A stretch of DNA of 64,000 bases from the NCBI GenBank assembly GCA_018399285.1, contig JAGYOW010000014.1, forward strand, positions 3,331 through 67,330, given 5' to 3'. Origin of the DNA: Desulfotignum sp. Its GTDB lineage: Bacteria; Desulfobacterota; Desulfobacteria; Desulfobacterales; Desulfobacteraceae. A program made the position numbers and the translations under genes. The notes under the pieces were generated by a model. That model had not been told where the DNA came from. It searched no databases and saw nothing but the letters and a program-made list of their open reading frames with translations. Every line of letters begins with the position of its first letter. The first letter of the stretch is position 1. This document shows positions 1 to 11,345 of the stretch, piece by piece.

Positions 1-1502
1 TCCGGAAACGTGCACGTGTCACCCCGGACATTGTCAAACGCGGTTTCCATGTCCTGTTTTGCCGCTTTTGACAGCGCTTCGGGTTTTTCAGGAGAAATGA
101 TTTTTTCTTTGATCAGCCGGTCGGCATAGGCCCGGTCCAGGGGGGACCGGGAGCGGATCCGCTCATACATCCGGGGCTGGGTAAAATAGGGTTCATCCCC
201 TTCATTGTGGCCGAACCTGCGGTAACAGATCACATCGATCACCACGTCCTTGTGAAACTGCTTCCGGTAGGCCGCTGCCAGGTTCACCACATGAAGGGCC
301 GCTTCCGGGTCTTCGCCGTGAACGTGAAAAATCGGGACCATGAGCATTTTGGCCACATCTGTGGAATACCGGCTGGACCGGGCATTTTCAGGCGTTGTGG
401 TGTACCCGATCTGGTTGTTGATGATCATATGAATGGTCCCGCCGGTGTGAAATCCTGAAAGCTGGGACATGTTCAGGGTTTCCGCCACAATGCCCTGGCC
501 GGCGAACGCGGCATCCCCGTGGAGCAGCAGGGGCAGAACCTGGCGTAACCCATCGGAACCGGCCTTTTCCTGCCTGGCCCGGGCAAACCCTTCGACCACC
601 GGATCCACGGATTCCAGGTGGCTGGGATTGTCCAGAAGACACACCCGCAAAGATTTCCCGCCGGCGGTCTCGATATCCGCCAGGTACCCGTTGTGGTATT
701 TCACATCCCCGGCACCGATGAGGTCCGCGGGATCGTAACAGCTCTCAAATGCCTTGAAAATATCCTCATACGGCCTTTGAAGCACCTGGGTCTGAACGCT
801 TAACCGGCCCCGGTGGGCCATGCCCATGATGACTTCGCTGCACCCGTCCTCCGACACCCGGTTGAACAGCGCATGCAGCATGGGAACGACCACCTCGGCA
901 CCTTCCACGGAAAACCGTGTCTGGCCCGGATATTTGCTGTTCAGAAACCGTTCGAACACCCCGGTGCGGGTCAGTTTTTCCAGCACCATGGTTTTTTCTT
1001 TGTCTGCAAGGTCAGGGCGGTTTTTGACCGGTTCCATTCTTTCCTGGAGCCACCGTTTTTCCGCAGGATCCTGCAGGTGCATGTATTCAACGCCGATGGA
1101 GCGGCAGTAGGTTTCCTTGAGCCGGCTGAGAATATCCTTGAGCTTTGCCCGGCCTGAGTCGGAAAACCGGCGGGTGTAAAAAAAAGTATCCAGCTGATCC
1201 GGCGACAGGCCGAATGCCTCAAGGTTCAGCAACGGATGGTCCGTGGGACAGGAAGAAAGCGGGTCCATGCACGCCATGAGATGGCCTAAGTCCCGGTACC
1301 GGTATATCAGCGATTCCACCCGGGACTGGGCAAGGGCCGCATCCGGCGTACCGGCAATGTCATCCCCTTTCGCCCCTTTGTTTCCGATGTCAAATCCTTT
1401 AAAGAAAAACTGCCAGTCCCGGGGAACGGCGTTTTGATCATGTTTCCATTTTTTATACTGGGCCTCTATATACGCCTCATTCCACATGTCGGTCGTTACC
1501 AT
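1..1502 (-). CDS. sucA: 2-oxoglutarate dehydrogenase E1 component (5' part, runs off the left edge; frameshift near 1.2 kb)
   Basis: Manual minus-strand translation gives the start MVTTDMWNEAYIEAQYKKWKHDQNAVPRDWQFFFKGF and the motifs IMGMAHRGRL and LLHGDAAFAGQG (TPP-binding). These are typical of SucA. Confidence 0.9.
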   Translation of the reverse strand, partial: MVTTDMWNEAYIEAQYKKWKHDQNAVPRDWQFFFKGFDIGNKGAKGDDIAGTPDAALAQSRVESLIYRYRDLGHLMACMDPLSSCPTDHPLLNLEAFGLSPDQLDTFFYTRRFSDSGRAKLKDILSRLKETYCRSIGVEYMHLQDPAEKRWLQERMEPVKNRPDLADKEKTMVLEKLTRTGVFERFLNSKYPGQTRFSVEGAEVVVPMLHALFNRVSEDGCSEVIMGMAHRGRLSVQTQVLQRPYEDIFKAFESCYDPADLIGAGDVKYHNGYLADIETAGGKSLRVCLLDNPSHLESVDPVVEGFARARQEKAGSDGLRQVLPLLLHGDAAFAGQGIVAETLNMSQLSGFHTGGTIHMIINNQIGYTTTPENARSSRYSTDVAKMLMVPIFHVHGEDPEAALHVVNLAAAYRKQFHKDVVIDVICYRRFGHNEGDEPYFTQPRMYERIRSRSPLDRAYADRLIKEKIISPEKPEALSKAAKQDMETAFDNVRGDTCTFP

Positions 1503-1579
1503 AATGGTCGTTCCTTTTCAGGAAAACTTTGGTCCTGCACCCGTCGTCTGATTTGTCTCACCTTTATACGAAAAAACCG

Positions 1580-3666
1580 CTGTTGAAATAAAGACAATTT
1601 TTTGCGCCAGCACCACCAGCCCGTCCACGGTAATGGGGTTCCTTTGTGCATAATCAAAGGATTGATATCGATTTCCCGGATGTCCGGATACGCGCAACCC
1701 AAATCCCCCAGGGTGACAAGGATACGTCCCAGGGCCGTTTTGTCCACTGGATCAAGTCCCCGAAATCCGTCCAGCATGGGCCGGCATTTGAGCCGGTCGA
1801 TCATGGCCAGGGCATCTGCCAGGGTCAGGGGCGCCACCCCGAACACCGTGTCATTGAGGGCTGGCAAATATCCCGCTTCAGCCCGCACATGACACAGGGC
1901 CCCAGCCGGGATCCCGGATAAATCCTGCCACCAGCTCTATTTTTCCCGGACCTGTTTCTGATCATCAGATGTTAAGCCGCGGCCTTCCATGGCTTTTTGA
2001 AGTTGTCACCGCCGCTGCAAGATCCTGTCAGACGTGGCGGATGCCCAGGTGCACCAGACTGGATTCGGTCTTGTGCGACACCCCGGGGACCATGCCTGAC
2101 CACCAGGGGGAACCTGAAATCAGCCGCCGCGCGCTGTGCTTCCTCAAAAAAGGTCACCTGTTTTTCTTCCACCACCGGGATGCCGCAGGCTTTGAGCATC
2201 TGTTTGGATACCACCCGTCCAGCCTCGCCGGTGTTTGATGTCAGCATCTCCAGCAAGGATCCCAGTCAACCGGCGGACCTGTTCTTCCGCCGCTGTTTCC
2301 GGATCGGTTTCAATCTTTGGGCAGGGACGGTTCAGCAGCATGCCCATGCATTCCACAGCCCGCATTATCTCCCGAATACCGGCACCCCCAGGGTTGTGCC
2401 GACTTCTGGAACCGATACACCCGGTCCTGTTCCCCGGAAATCCAGCAGAATAAAGCGGTTTGCCCGCTTCCCGGGCTGTGTCGGCCATTTTTCCAGATTC
2501 ACCCCAGGCCGAATCCGCCGGCAAAGCAATGGATAAACACGGCATCCACCGCCGGATCAGCGCACACCGCCTGCATGGCTGTTTCCAGGCTTTTCCGGGA
2601 TCTGTTCAAAATAATTCCGGGCCACATGTCCACGGGATTACAGGCGGTGAACCATTCCGGAAAAACCGTCTGCAACGTTTCCAGCGTAGTGTCACTGAAT
2701 TGAGATAATTCAAGGCCGTGCCGGTCCATGATATCCGCGGACACGATTCCTGCGGCACCCGTGTAGGTGAGCACGGCCACCCGGTTTCCGGTTCGGGCGG
2801 TGATGGGCACATGCCCAGGGTCCGGGAAAATCAGCCAGCTGGTAGAACCGTCCGCCGTCACAATGCCGGCCTGGGCCATGGCACTGGCCACCAGTGCCCC
2901 GCCGGCCGACAGACTGGCCGTGTGGCTTTGGGCTGGTAGCTGCGCCCCGGCGGTTTTCCCGCCGTTGAGAATCACCACGGGTTTGGGGGTACTGTGGCAT
3001 AAGGCCAAGGAACCGCCGGCAATCGGTCAGCGATTCCAGATACAGCCCGATGGCGGCCGTAAACCGGGTCATGAATCAGCCATTCCAGGAGATCGTTTTC
3101 TATCCACATCCATTTTGTTGCCGATGGAACAAACCTCATGATCCCCATGGTGCCGTGGGATATGAGATCGATGAGAAACGCCCCGGCCAGCATCCCGCTC
3201 TGGGCGATCAAAGACACATTGCCGGGAGTCAGGCCGGTATCCCAGATGGTCGGGGTGACTCGTGAAAATATCCACTGGCTGGGCACATCCATTGCGGCCC
3301 ATACAGTTGCCCCCACAGGCGGATGCCGGTTTCCGGCTGTCTGCCTGATCTTTCTCTGCAATGCCGCCCCGGTGGTGCCGAGCCTGAAAATCCAGCAGAC
3401 TGGATCATGACGCCCGGAATCCCCTTGGGCACAATCCCTGATCACCTGCGCACCATGTGAGTTGCCACAAACACGATGGCCAGATCCACAGGATCCGCAC
3501 ATCAGGACGGACGCATAGCAGGTAAACCCTTCATTTCATCGTACTGGGATTGACCGACACACCGGCCCAAAATATCCTTTTTAAGATTCAACACAATCAG
3601 ATTACTGCCCTTCCTTTGCTGGCTGTGGCTCCCACAACCGCAATCCCCGGGGCCTGAAAACTCCAT
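1580..3666 (-). CDS. Acetate/acyl-CoA ligase (ADP-forming), fused CoA-binding and ATP-grasp domains; multiple frameshifts
   Basis: Fragments GNVSLIAQSGMLAGA, AQSHTASLS, RVAVLTYTGAAGIVSAD, NPVDMWP and IREIDINPLI. ATG at 3666 follows a GAGGTG RBS. The 3' end is approximate. Confidence 0.8.
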
Positions 3667-3822
3667 TCACCTCTTCCTGTAATTGCCTGCCCCATAAAAA
3701 ATAATTGTGGTATATTAAGCAATCCATGCCAATCACTCAAGAATAATTATTTTGAACATCTTGACACGCATCCCATAATCGTTAAAAATCAGAACTTCTG
3801 CCCAGTGACAGGTCCCTTAATC

Positions 3823-3915
3823 GGAGAGGTGGGCCGAGCGGCTGAAGGCCCTGCTCTCGAAAAGCAGTATTCCGGCAAAACCGGGATCGTGGGTTCGAAT
3901 CCCACCTCTCCGCCA
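3823..3915 (+). tRNA. tRNA-Ser (anticodon CGA)
   Basis: GGAGAGGTGG...; anticodon arm CTGCT-CTCGAAA-AGCAG, long variable arm, T-arm GTGGGTTCGAATCCCAC and an encoded 3' CCA. Confidence 0.95.
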
Positions 3916-4137
3916 TCATATCAATAATTCAGATAATTATAAAATATATGACATAGTGTGTTACCATAAAGAATACCATGAATTACCTAAGAGGATGGCA
4001 GTGTCGCAAATACGGGGTTGTTCTATAAAGAAGAAAGGAAGATATTCAATAAGTCGGCCTCAAAATTCTAAGTTCTGGAAAAGTCGATACAATGTATTGC
4101 ACTGTCCAAGAAAAAACGATAAAATAAAAACTTTCTA

Positions 4138-4166
4138 TTGACAAATTGAAAATTAAAAATTATTAT
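4138..4166 (+). promoter_or_regulatory. sigma70-type promoter of the IclR/aminotransferase/TRAP operon
   Basis: TTGACA-17 nt-TATTAT about 50 nt upstream of the ATG at 4216. Confidence 0.6.
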
Positions 4167-4215
4167 AGTTAATAAAAGTAATCAATTTACTATAATAGTA
4201 AAGGGTCGGTACTTA

Positions 4216-5010
4216 ATGGCAAAAGGGCAGACTCCATATTTCTCCAAAAGTCTTGAAAAAGGGCTCCTAATTTGCCTGTTCAATCAGGATCGTATTTCCT
4301 GTACGCAATCCGATATATCGAAATTGACCGGTATCACCATGACATCCACATACAGATTTGTGAACACGTTCGTGGAATTGGGCTATCTTCAAAAACACCC
4401 GGAAACCAAAAAGACTGAAGCTCGGATCAAAGGCCATTTCATTGGGACATGGCTTGTTGAGAGGATTTGATTTCCTCCAGATGATAAAACCGATTGTAGA
4501 TGAAACATGCAACTAAAAGTAACAAATCACAATGGATGTGGCCTTAAGGGATACAGATGCGTTTATGATCATTTACAGGCGAGAAACTACGAAATGCCCC
4601 GCCTTATCAATTGCCGACAGTAATAAAAGATCTAAATAGTACTGGTACTTGGAAAAGCTTGTTCTTTGCTTTTCTCCCGGAATAGGAACAGATGGCTGTT
4701 ATCAATTCACTGTCCTTTGAAAATAAAACGGGAAGAAATCCATCATCGACAGAGATCAGCTGTTTTGTGAATTGGAATTGATCAAAAAAAGAGGATATTC
4801 CATCAACAATCAAAGAGTTCGTCCCCGGCCTGTTGGCACTGGGTGCTCCCTTGATAAATGCTGGCACGGAACAAGGTTGCCGGCGCTATTTGTTTTGATT
4901 TTCCTCAGAACCCAGACGTCTTATCAGAAATTAAAAAAGAATATGCTGAACTAATAATTCAACTGGCACAAAAATTTCAAAATACTTGCCCATCTCATGA
5001 TCAGAACCAG
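4216..5010 (+). CDS. IclR-family transcriptional regulator (frameshifted)
   Basis: N-terminal SKSLEKGL..L...HTH..STYRFVNTFVELGYL; C-terminal fragments ELIKKRGYSINNQ and VAGAICFDF. The end is approximate. Confidence 0.8.
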
Positions 5011-5019
5011 GAGAAAAAC

Positions 5020-6372
5020 ATGAATAATCAAACAGACTTTGGAAAATCTCATGTATTTCACTTTTCTTGAACCGAAAATATGTATCCATTGCCTCCGGTA
5101 AGGGAGTGTAGCATCTATGACGACCAGGGAAACCGGTATCTGATGCTCTGGCGGCCCCATTCTTGCAGTCTGGGCTATGGTCTTGAAGAAATGGCGGATG
5201 TCATCAATGAACAGGCCAGAAACTGGTCTACGTGCATCGTGTGGATTTTACCAACCCGCCGCTTGAAGAAGCGTTTCAGAAAACTTTGCGAAGCATCCAC
5301 CTTGTCATGGACAAGGTCTTTTTGTTTCGGCGGGACTGGAAGGATTGAAATTTGGAATAAAATTGCCCGGAAATACCATCTGACAATGGCAACCATCCAA
5401 ATCAAGGGTCATCTCCAGATGGCAAAGCTTATCACGGTAGCACTGCCGGGGCCCTGGGCGGACCGGTGCCATGCAGGCCAGAAGAAATGATTTTATGCCC
5501 TATCTTCATGGGATTTCAACTATATCCGTTGGCATATTGTTACCGCCGCTAGTTCAAACAAACACCGGACAACTGTGACTCCGGACAAAGCGTGCCTGGA
5601 AAATGAAATCATGTGCCTGGGGCCGGATAATGTCTCGGTGTTTCTGGCAGAACTGGGTGTGTCAGGTATGGCACTTGCGGGCGGTCCCCTCGAAGGGTAT
5701 TTTGAACGGATCCGAGAAATTTGTGATAAAATATGACGTGCTCCTCATGTTTGATGAGGTAATGACAGGCGCCGGACGAACCGGCAAAATGTTTGCATAT
5801 GAACATTTCAATGTAGTGCCTGATATCCCGGCGCTGGGCAAAGGCCTGAGCGGGGGTATTTCCTCATCGGAGCGACACGTTCCTCAATTCATTCATGACA
5901 AAATTGCATCCAACCCGGTGTCTTCGGTGCATACCATTCTGGGGCGGAACCCGCTGGGCTGTTCGGTGGTATCAAAAACACTGGATTACATCAAAGAACA
6001 TGATCTTGTTGAAAGACTCTACACCTTGGGTGAATATCTGAATAATAAACTTCGATAAATTAAGAGCCCACCCGCTGCGGGTGATGTCAGGGTCTGGCTT
6101 AATGCGTGGTATTGAGTTTGTCTCAAGACAAAACAACCAAAACCAAGGTTTGAAAAAGTCTGGAAGCCTTTTCTTCCAGGGTGTTCAAGGTATTGCCTGA
6201 AAGGGAATGTTCGTTGAATACTCAAGCGGGTGTGACCGAGGACAGGCTGGTGACATGGTGATGCTGGGACCACCTTTTATTATCACTGAAGAGCAACAGA
6301 TAGTGCAGTTCAGATTCTGGAACAGGTATGACCAGGATCTTCTATCATCAGATCGTCAATTTTGATCTTTGA
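5020..6372 (+). CDS. Class III PLP-dependent aminotransferase (frameshifted)
   Basis: Fragments IYDDQGNRYL, LLMFDEVMTGAGRTGKMFA and PDI.ALGKGLSGG. AGGAG RBS before the ATG at 5020. The end is approximate. Confidence 0.8.
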
Positions 6373-6397
6373 AACCACAAATCAAGGAGGAAGGAAG

Positions 6398-7428
6398 ATG
6401 CAAAAACATTTGCACGATCAATCATTCCGTCCATTTTTTCTTTGCTAATCGCTGGGTAATGGCTCCTTCCGGAGCAAATACGGCAGAAAGCAAGGAAAAA
6501 GATCACTATGTCAACCGCCACCTGATGTATCCCGCATTTGCCGAACAGATCGGGATTAATCTGTATATCAACGCGATCATCGCGCACGACAGAAACTCAT
6601 CCGGATTTAAAAATATGAATTCAAGATTTTTGATAAAGGCATGCTTTGCGGCAACCAGAGTGAGGCCTGAAGCAGTATCCAACGGTGCGATTCAGATGAC
6701 CTATTCTGCACCGCATTTTCTTGAAGAACTGGATCCGGCATGGGAGGCCATGGAGAGACCCTAGGTGTTTTTGAAAGCTGGGATCATTACATGAGATCGA
6801 TGAATACACCGGAATGGAAAGCGCTTCATGATAAAATGTACAAAGAAAAAGGGGTGACTATCATAAAATGGTTATTTGATACTGGCACATGGTATCTGTT
6901 CGCCAGATATGGACCAATCAAACCAGTCGCAGATGTCGAGGGTCAAACTGTTTTGCTGGCGGAGAGGCGTTTAAGCAAAGCGCTTAAAGCACTCAAGGTA
7001 ACTCCGATTGCCCCGCTTTACACAGAAGTTGTTACTGCCTTGCAGACCAATATGATTGAAGGGCTTTTGACCGATTTTACTGGCGGAGTCGGATATTTTG
7101 AACTTGCCCGTCATACGAAATACGCTGTTCTTAATTCCCTTTGGCAATCAACCGATTTGCATGCGGCCAAATACAAAGTGGTGGGAAGGTCTGCCTGAAA
7201 ATGTTCGTGAAACTTTAAGCACGACATTTGGATCAGATCGATGCATCCAAATACTATGAAAAATTCGAACAGGAATCTATTGAGAAATGGGATGCTGATC
7301 CAAAACTCAGTGCCCTGAAATTTGAAAGAAGAAATAGCCAAATGGGTAGAAACTGATGAGAGATTCTTTGCTGATATGTACGAAAATTGGATCCTGAATT
7401 GATCAAGGCAATCGATACTGCAAGATAA
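6398..7428 (+). CDS. TRAP transporter substrate-binding protein DctP (frameshifted)
   Basis: AGGAGG RBS, signal-peptide-like start, and the motif LYTEVVTALQTNMIEG typical of DctP. Confidence 0.7.
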
Positions 7429-7464
7429 TTCTTATCACCTGCTGAAAAAGGATGATCTGACAGA

Positions 7465-7950
7465 TGGGAAAAAAGTTTAATCGACAGCATATAGAGTGAT
7501 AGAAAAAATTTGTGCTTTCCGCGATCATCGCTGTTCTTGATAAGTTCTTGGAGAAAATATAGGTCGTGTTTTTCACATGACCTATGATTTTGTCATTGAT
7601 TTGCCCGTTTGATCACAGTGTGCTATGCTTTTGATCAGTGGCCCGCCCATCGCTGAAATGGTCATGTCGCCATTGGATCTCGTCGTAACCAAGCCCGGGG
7701 AAAAGCTAAACCTTGTTGAAACTGTTCAATATAATTTTCCGCCACCATTTACGGAGCAGCTATCTCATTTGGGGGCATTGTGCTAACTATGATGCTGTAT
7801 GAACGTCAGGCGCGGTATTTCCAATACTTCGATCCCCCAAATGGATTGTGGAACCTCTGTGTCCCCTCTTGGTATGATCATATTCACCCTTGTCGGTATA
7901 ATTGAATTTACAATTTAATTAAACGGTATCAATCACAAAAAGATTGAACC
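7465..7950 (+). CDS. TRAP transporter small permease DctQ (heavily frameshifted)
   Basis: Position between dctP and dctM, with hydrophobic fragments. Boundaries are approximate. Confidence 0.45.
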
Positions 7951-7964
7951 CACTGGAGGCAGGT

Positions 7965-9287
7965 TTGGATCTGTTTGTATATATCGGCATTGCATTAATG
8001 GTCATTTTGTTTTTAAGTGGCGCCTCGCTTGCGATCGCGTTTGCGTTCGGATCCAGCATTATTGCACTGTATTCATGGGAATGTCATTTGAGTCACTGGC
8101 TCAGATCTTTTTTCATCTATAAATTCATATCCCCTGCTTGCATGCCTATTCTTTATCCTGGCCGGCAACCTGATTCTCCGAAGCGGGGAATGGTGCCTTT
8201 GAGTGACTTCTTCATCAAGGCAATGTTTGGAAGATTACCGGGCGGCTTGGCCGTCGCCGGGATTATTTTTGCTTCTGGGCTCCATCTCTGGCCCTGCGGC
8301 TGCGTGTCTTGCCAAGTAATAGGGACTGTCATGGTCCCCTTGTTCCTTGTGAGAATGGCTATGATAGACCCTTGCATCTGGTCTTGCCGTCACTTCCGGC
8401 GGAACTTGGACTTCTTATACCCCGAGCTTGTTTTTTATTATATTCGGTGCGCTGAATCGTATTTCCATCGTGGATCTATTTATGGGCGGCATTGGTATGG
8501 GACTTTTGACTGCATTCTTGATGTGCATTGTTGCTGTCATAATCTGTAAAAAAAGAAATTATGGAACATTGTCAAAGGCAACCTGGAAAGAAAAGCAGCT
8601 GGGATCTTTATTAAGATACTGCCATTGATTCCTTATGCCAGTTCCTCGTACTGGGTGGAATTTACGGCGGTTAGTTTCCAGCCCGACTCAGGCAGCATTG
8701 GTATTTGTCTTTATTCACTTCTCATCGGTTTGTTCGTTTACAGGAACTGACCTGGGGAAAAATTATGGAAGCCACTATAGATACAGCCAAAATCAGTTCA
8801 ATGATTTATTTTTTAATTATTGGCGCTGATCTTATGACGAATGTTTGCCTACATAGAACTTCCTCAGATAATCACTCAATATGTCATTTCGCTTGAACTG
8901 GGACCACTTGGTTTCATGATGATGGCTGAATTTGTTCTGCTGGTTATGGGACTTTCTTCCAGCCTCGCCATCGGTCATCATCGTTCTGCTCTTTTATACC
9001 AAGCGTCATCACCCTGGGAATAGATCCGGCTTTTTATGGCGTGCTTGCTGTCACAAATTCATTGATTGGTGAAATCACACCACCTATGGGTTCCTCAGCT
9101 TTGGATTGCAGCTCCGGTATGCAGGGAAAAATGGGTGCTATCGCCAGAGAAGCCTGGCCATTTCTCGGGCATGGGTCGCCGTACGCTCATCGCCACCATC
9201 TTTCCGGATATCACTGGGCGTTTCTGGTCGAGTTTTTCCCGATAGCAGAGTTACGGGATCGCAATCTTGGCTTATTTTCCCCGGATA
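7965..9287 (+). CDS. TRAP transporter large permease DctM (frameshifted)
   Basis: Fragments GRLPGGLAVAGII, SIVDLFMGGIGMG, SPTQAA and IGEITPPMG. Confidence 0.8.
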
Positions 9288-9415
9288 GATCAAAAAGCGA
9301 TGCCCGGTTGCTGGTATATTTTTTCAAAACCATGCGGCTAAGGCATTCTGGCTATCATTGCGATAATATTTTCTATTCATAGAATTACCCATTTGTTACA
9401 TCGAGGGTGCAAATC

Positions 9416-9875
9416 ATGACGTCGATTAAAAACTTTTTAGCACGAGGCACTCCTCAACCTCTAAAGAGATCCAGGCGGCACTTGTTGGAGCCAAAGCACT
9501 GTATCCCGGATGCTCAAGAAAATGGGCGATAGGATTGTTCAGATATCAGAGGGGCGATTTTTGTCTGCAGCCAGCCGTCAAAAAACTATTCCCTTTACTC
9601 CTGGGGGCGGATCAAAAAGGACTGTATGAAGATTTGTCCGGCAATTTCATATTTGAGAACAACCATTGTTGCGTGTCCGCGCAAACCCGCCGCTGTTGCT
9701 CGAAAATGATTATCATCCGCTCGCCGCCAATGCAGCTGCCGGGAGCCCCCGGATCCAGGCAGGAGGGGAACAACCCAAATTCACCGCTTTTAACGCCAAA
9801 ACTGACATCCCATGTCATCGTTAAATTCCTTTCTCATGGAAACAATGAGGTGATTACGGTATTTTTGGTCAACTG
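9416..9875 (+). pseudogene. Remnant of a YjjJ-type HipA family kinase toxin
   Basis: N-terminal HTH-like fragments (MTSIKNFLARG.., SKEIQAA.., RMLKKMGDRIVQISEG) and, with a frameshift, PGS.AGGEQPKFTAFN...HVIVKF. This is the YjjJ/HipA glycine-loop and Lys motif. The span is far shorter than an intact gene. Confidence 0.65.
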
Positions 9876-10057
9876 ATTAATAATACGGATATATATCGAA
9901 TTTCTGATCAATTCAAAGATTTTTTGACGACACCGGCAATAAAAACCAATAGCCTTTGGGTTTGATATTAAACCTGGGTTCTCCCCGACAGATTGGCGTG
10001 AATGCTTTCGGTCATTATGGCAACGCCAGGAATGCGTCATCACCTTTTCCGCTGTTG

Positions 10058-10073
10058 TGGCATGATTTGTGCT
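10058..10073 (+). promoter_or_regulatory. sigma54 (-24/-12) promoter
   Basis: TGGCATGATTTGTGCT has GG-N10-GC spacing and lies 50 nt upstream of the ATG at 10123. Confidence 0.7.
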
Positions 10074-10122
10074 ATTTATTTTGAAGTGAAAACAAACTGA
10101 ACCAGGCACAGGAAATGATAAT

Positions 10123-10810
10123 ATGGCCAGACTCAATGGCAGAAAAATCCGACAACAGGTCAAGGAGTTGCTCAAAAAATCCGGACCGGCAGACAAAGCG
10201 CTGGACCGGTTGGCGCAAATTCCAGACCCGCAGTTGAAGGGACATCTGTTTTTTTCTTTATAACCGGAAATGAACTGATCCGGTTCCAGCATGTGACCGC
10301 TATGGACAATTTAGGGTTTCTGCATGGGTGAAAATCACATGGAAAAAGCCTGGACGTGATGCGGCGCTCATGGAATCTCAATGATGAGTCTGGGGGGTAT
10401 CGGCTGGGGATCGGCTGAGGCCACGGAGAAATTCTGGCGCCGGCATCCGGGCCTGGCAGCTGAATTCGACTCCACTATGTTTTCTCGTTTCTGGATCCGG
10501 AAGCCACCATCGACAATCCCTGAGCTCCAGCAGGGTATTTTATGGGGCACGGCACATATGCACAAGCCGCCCTGACCGGATCACCCCTACAGGGCTTCAT
10601 TGATTGTTCCATTTCTGGATGACAAGGATCCTGTCAAGAAAGCTCATGTAATCCGGACACTGAACCATGCCCGGCGGTTGAATCCGACACTTCTTTCAAA
10701 GATCTGCTTGCAGATCAGACAAAATTTGATGTATACCGGGTGGGCATTTGAAAACCGCCCGGATCTGTGACTTGATCCGGGAGACGACCAAACAAAGGAA
10801 TGTCTGATGA
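10123..10810 (+). CDS. DVU0298-family HEAT-repeat-like protein (frameshifted)
   Basis: Reconstructed motif WNLNDESGGIGWGSAEA and LQQGILWG. Confidence 0.65.
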
Positions 10811-11037
10811 GTGCCAAAAAATGTGATAAAAATATCGCCCGCACCATTGATATGGCCAGACAAATGATTGAACTGGCGCAACAGGGATACGATCACCATG
10901 AGGATCCCGGATGTGGGGTGCTTTACGGTATTCTGCTGGATTCCGGCTACCGGATTCTGGATCTGGCACTCAAGGAGAAACAGGCCCATATTAACAAGGG
11001 ATGGTGGTTTGATACGGTAAAGGATGATGACAAATGA
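10807..11037 (+). CDS. Small conserved hypothetical protein
   Basis: Clean 76-aa ORF overlapping its neighbours; motif EDPGCGVLYGILLDSGY. Confidence 0.7.
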   Translation: MSAKKCDKNIARTIDMARQMIELAQQGYDHHEDPGCGVLYGILLDSGYRILDLALKEKQAHINKGWWFDTVKDDDK

Positions 11038-11228
11038 TGAAACGCCCGGTGATTGATCTGGGATCATGCATTTTGTGTGAAATCTGTGTGGAGGTGGCCC
11101 CTCATGCATTTGAAATCGGTGATTCCGGTTTTGTCCAGGTCCGGCCCCTGGATGATTATCAGGACGAAAACATCCATGAGGCCGTAAAAAACTGCCCCAA
11201 AGACTGCATTTCATGGGAAGAGGACTGA
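11034..11228 (+). CDS. Single-cluster ferredoxin
   Basis: CILCEIC...CPKDCI, 64 aa. Confidence 0.9.
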   Translation: MMKRPVIDLGSCILCEICVEVAPHAFEIGDSGFVQVRPLDDYQDENIHEAVKNCPKDCISWEED

Positions 11229-11345
11229 CCGTCTTTTCCCTGTAAAATAAAAAAACCTATTGCACTTGATACACAAACGTGTCATTTAAGGCATCAGAAT
11301 TGTGCCATATGAACCGAACCTATTGCTGCCTGAAGATGACATGCC

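Noticed and set aside
3718-3731. sigma54-like TGGCATGGATTGCT on the minus strand upstream of the acyl-CoA ligase
   Set aside because: GG-to-GC spacing is 8 rather than 10. It could be an indel artefact but cannot be supported as read.
3890-10100. Integrase or attR duplicate of the tRNA-Ser 3' end
   Set aside because: None was recognised by eye, so the islet is not called an intact mobile element.
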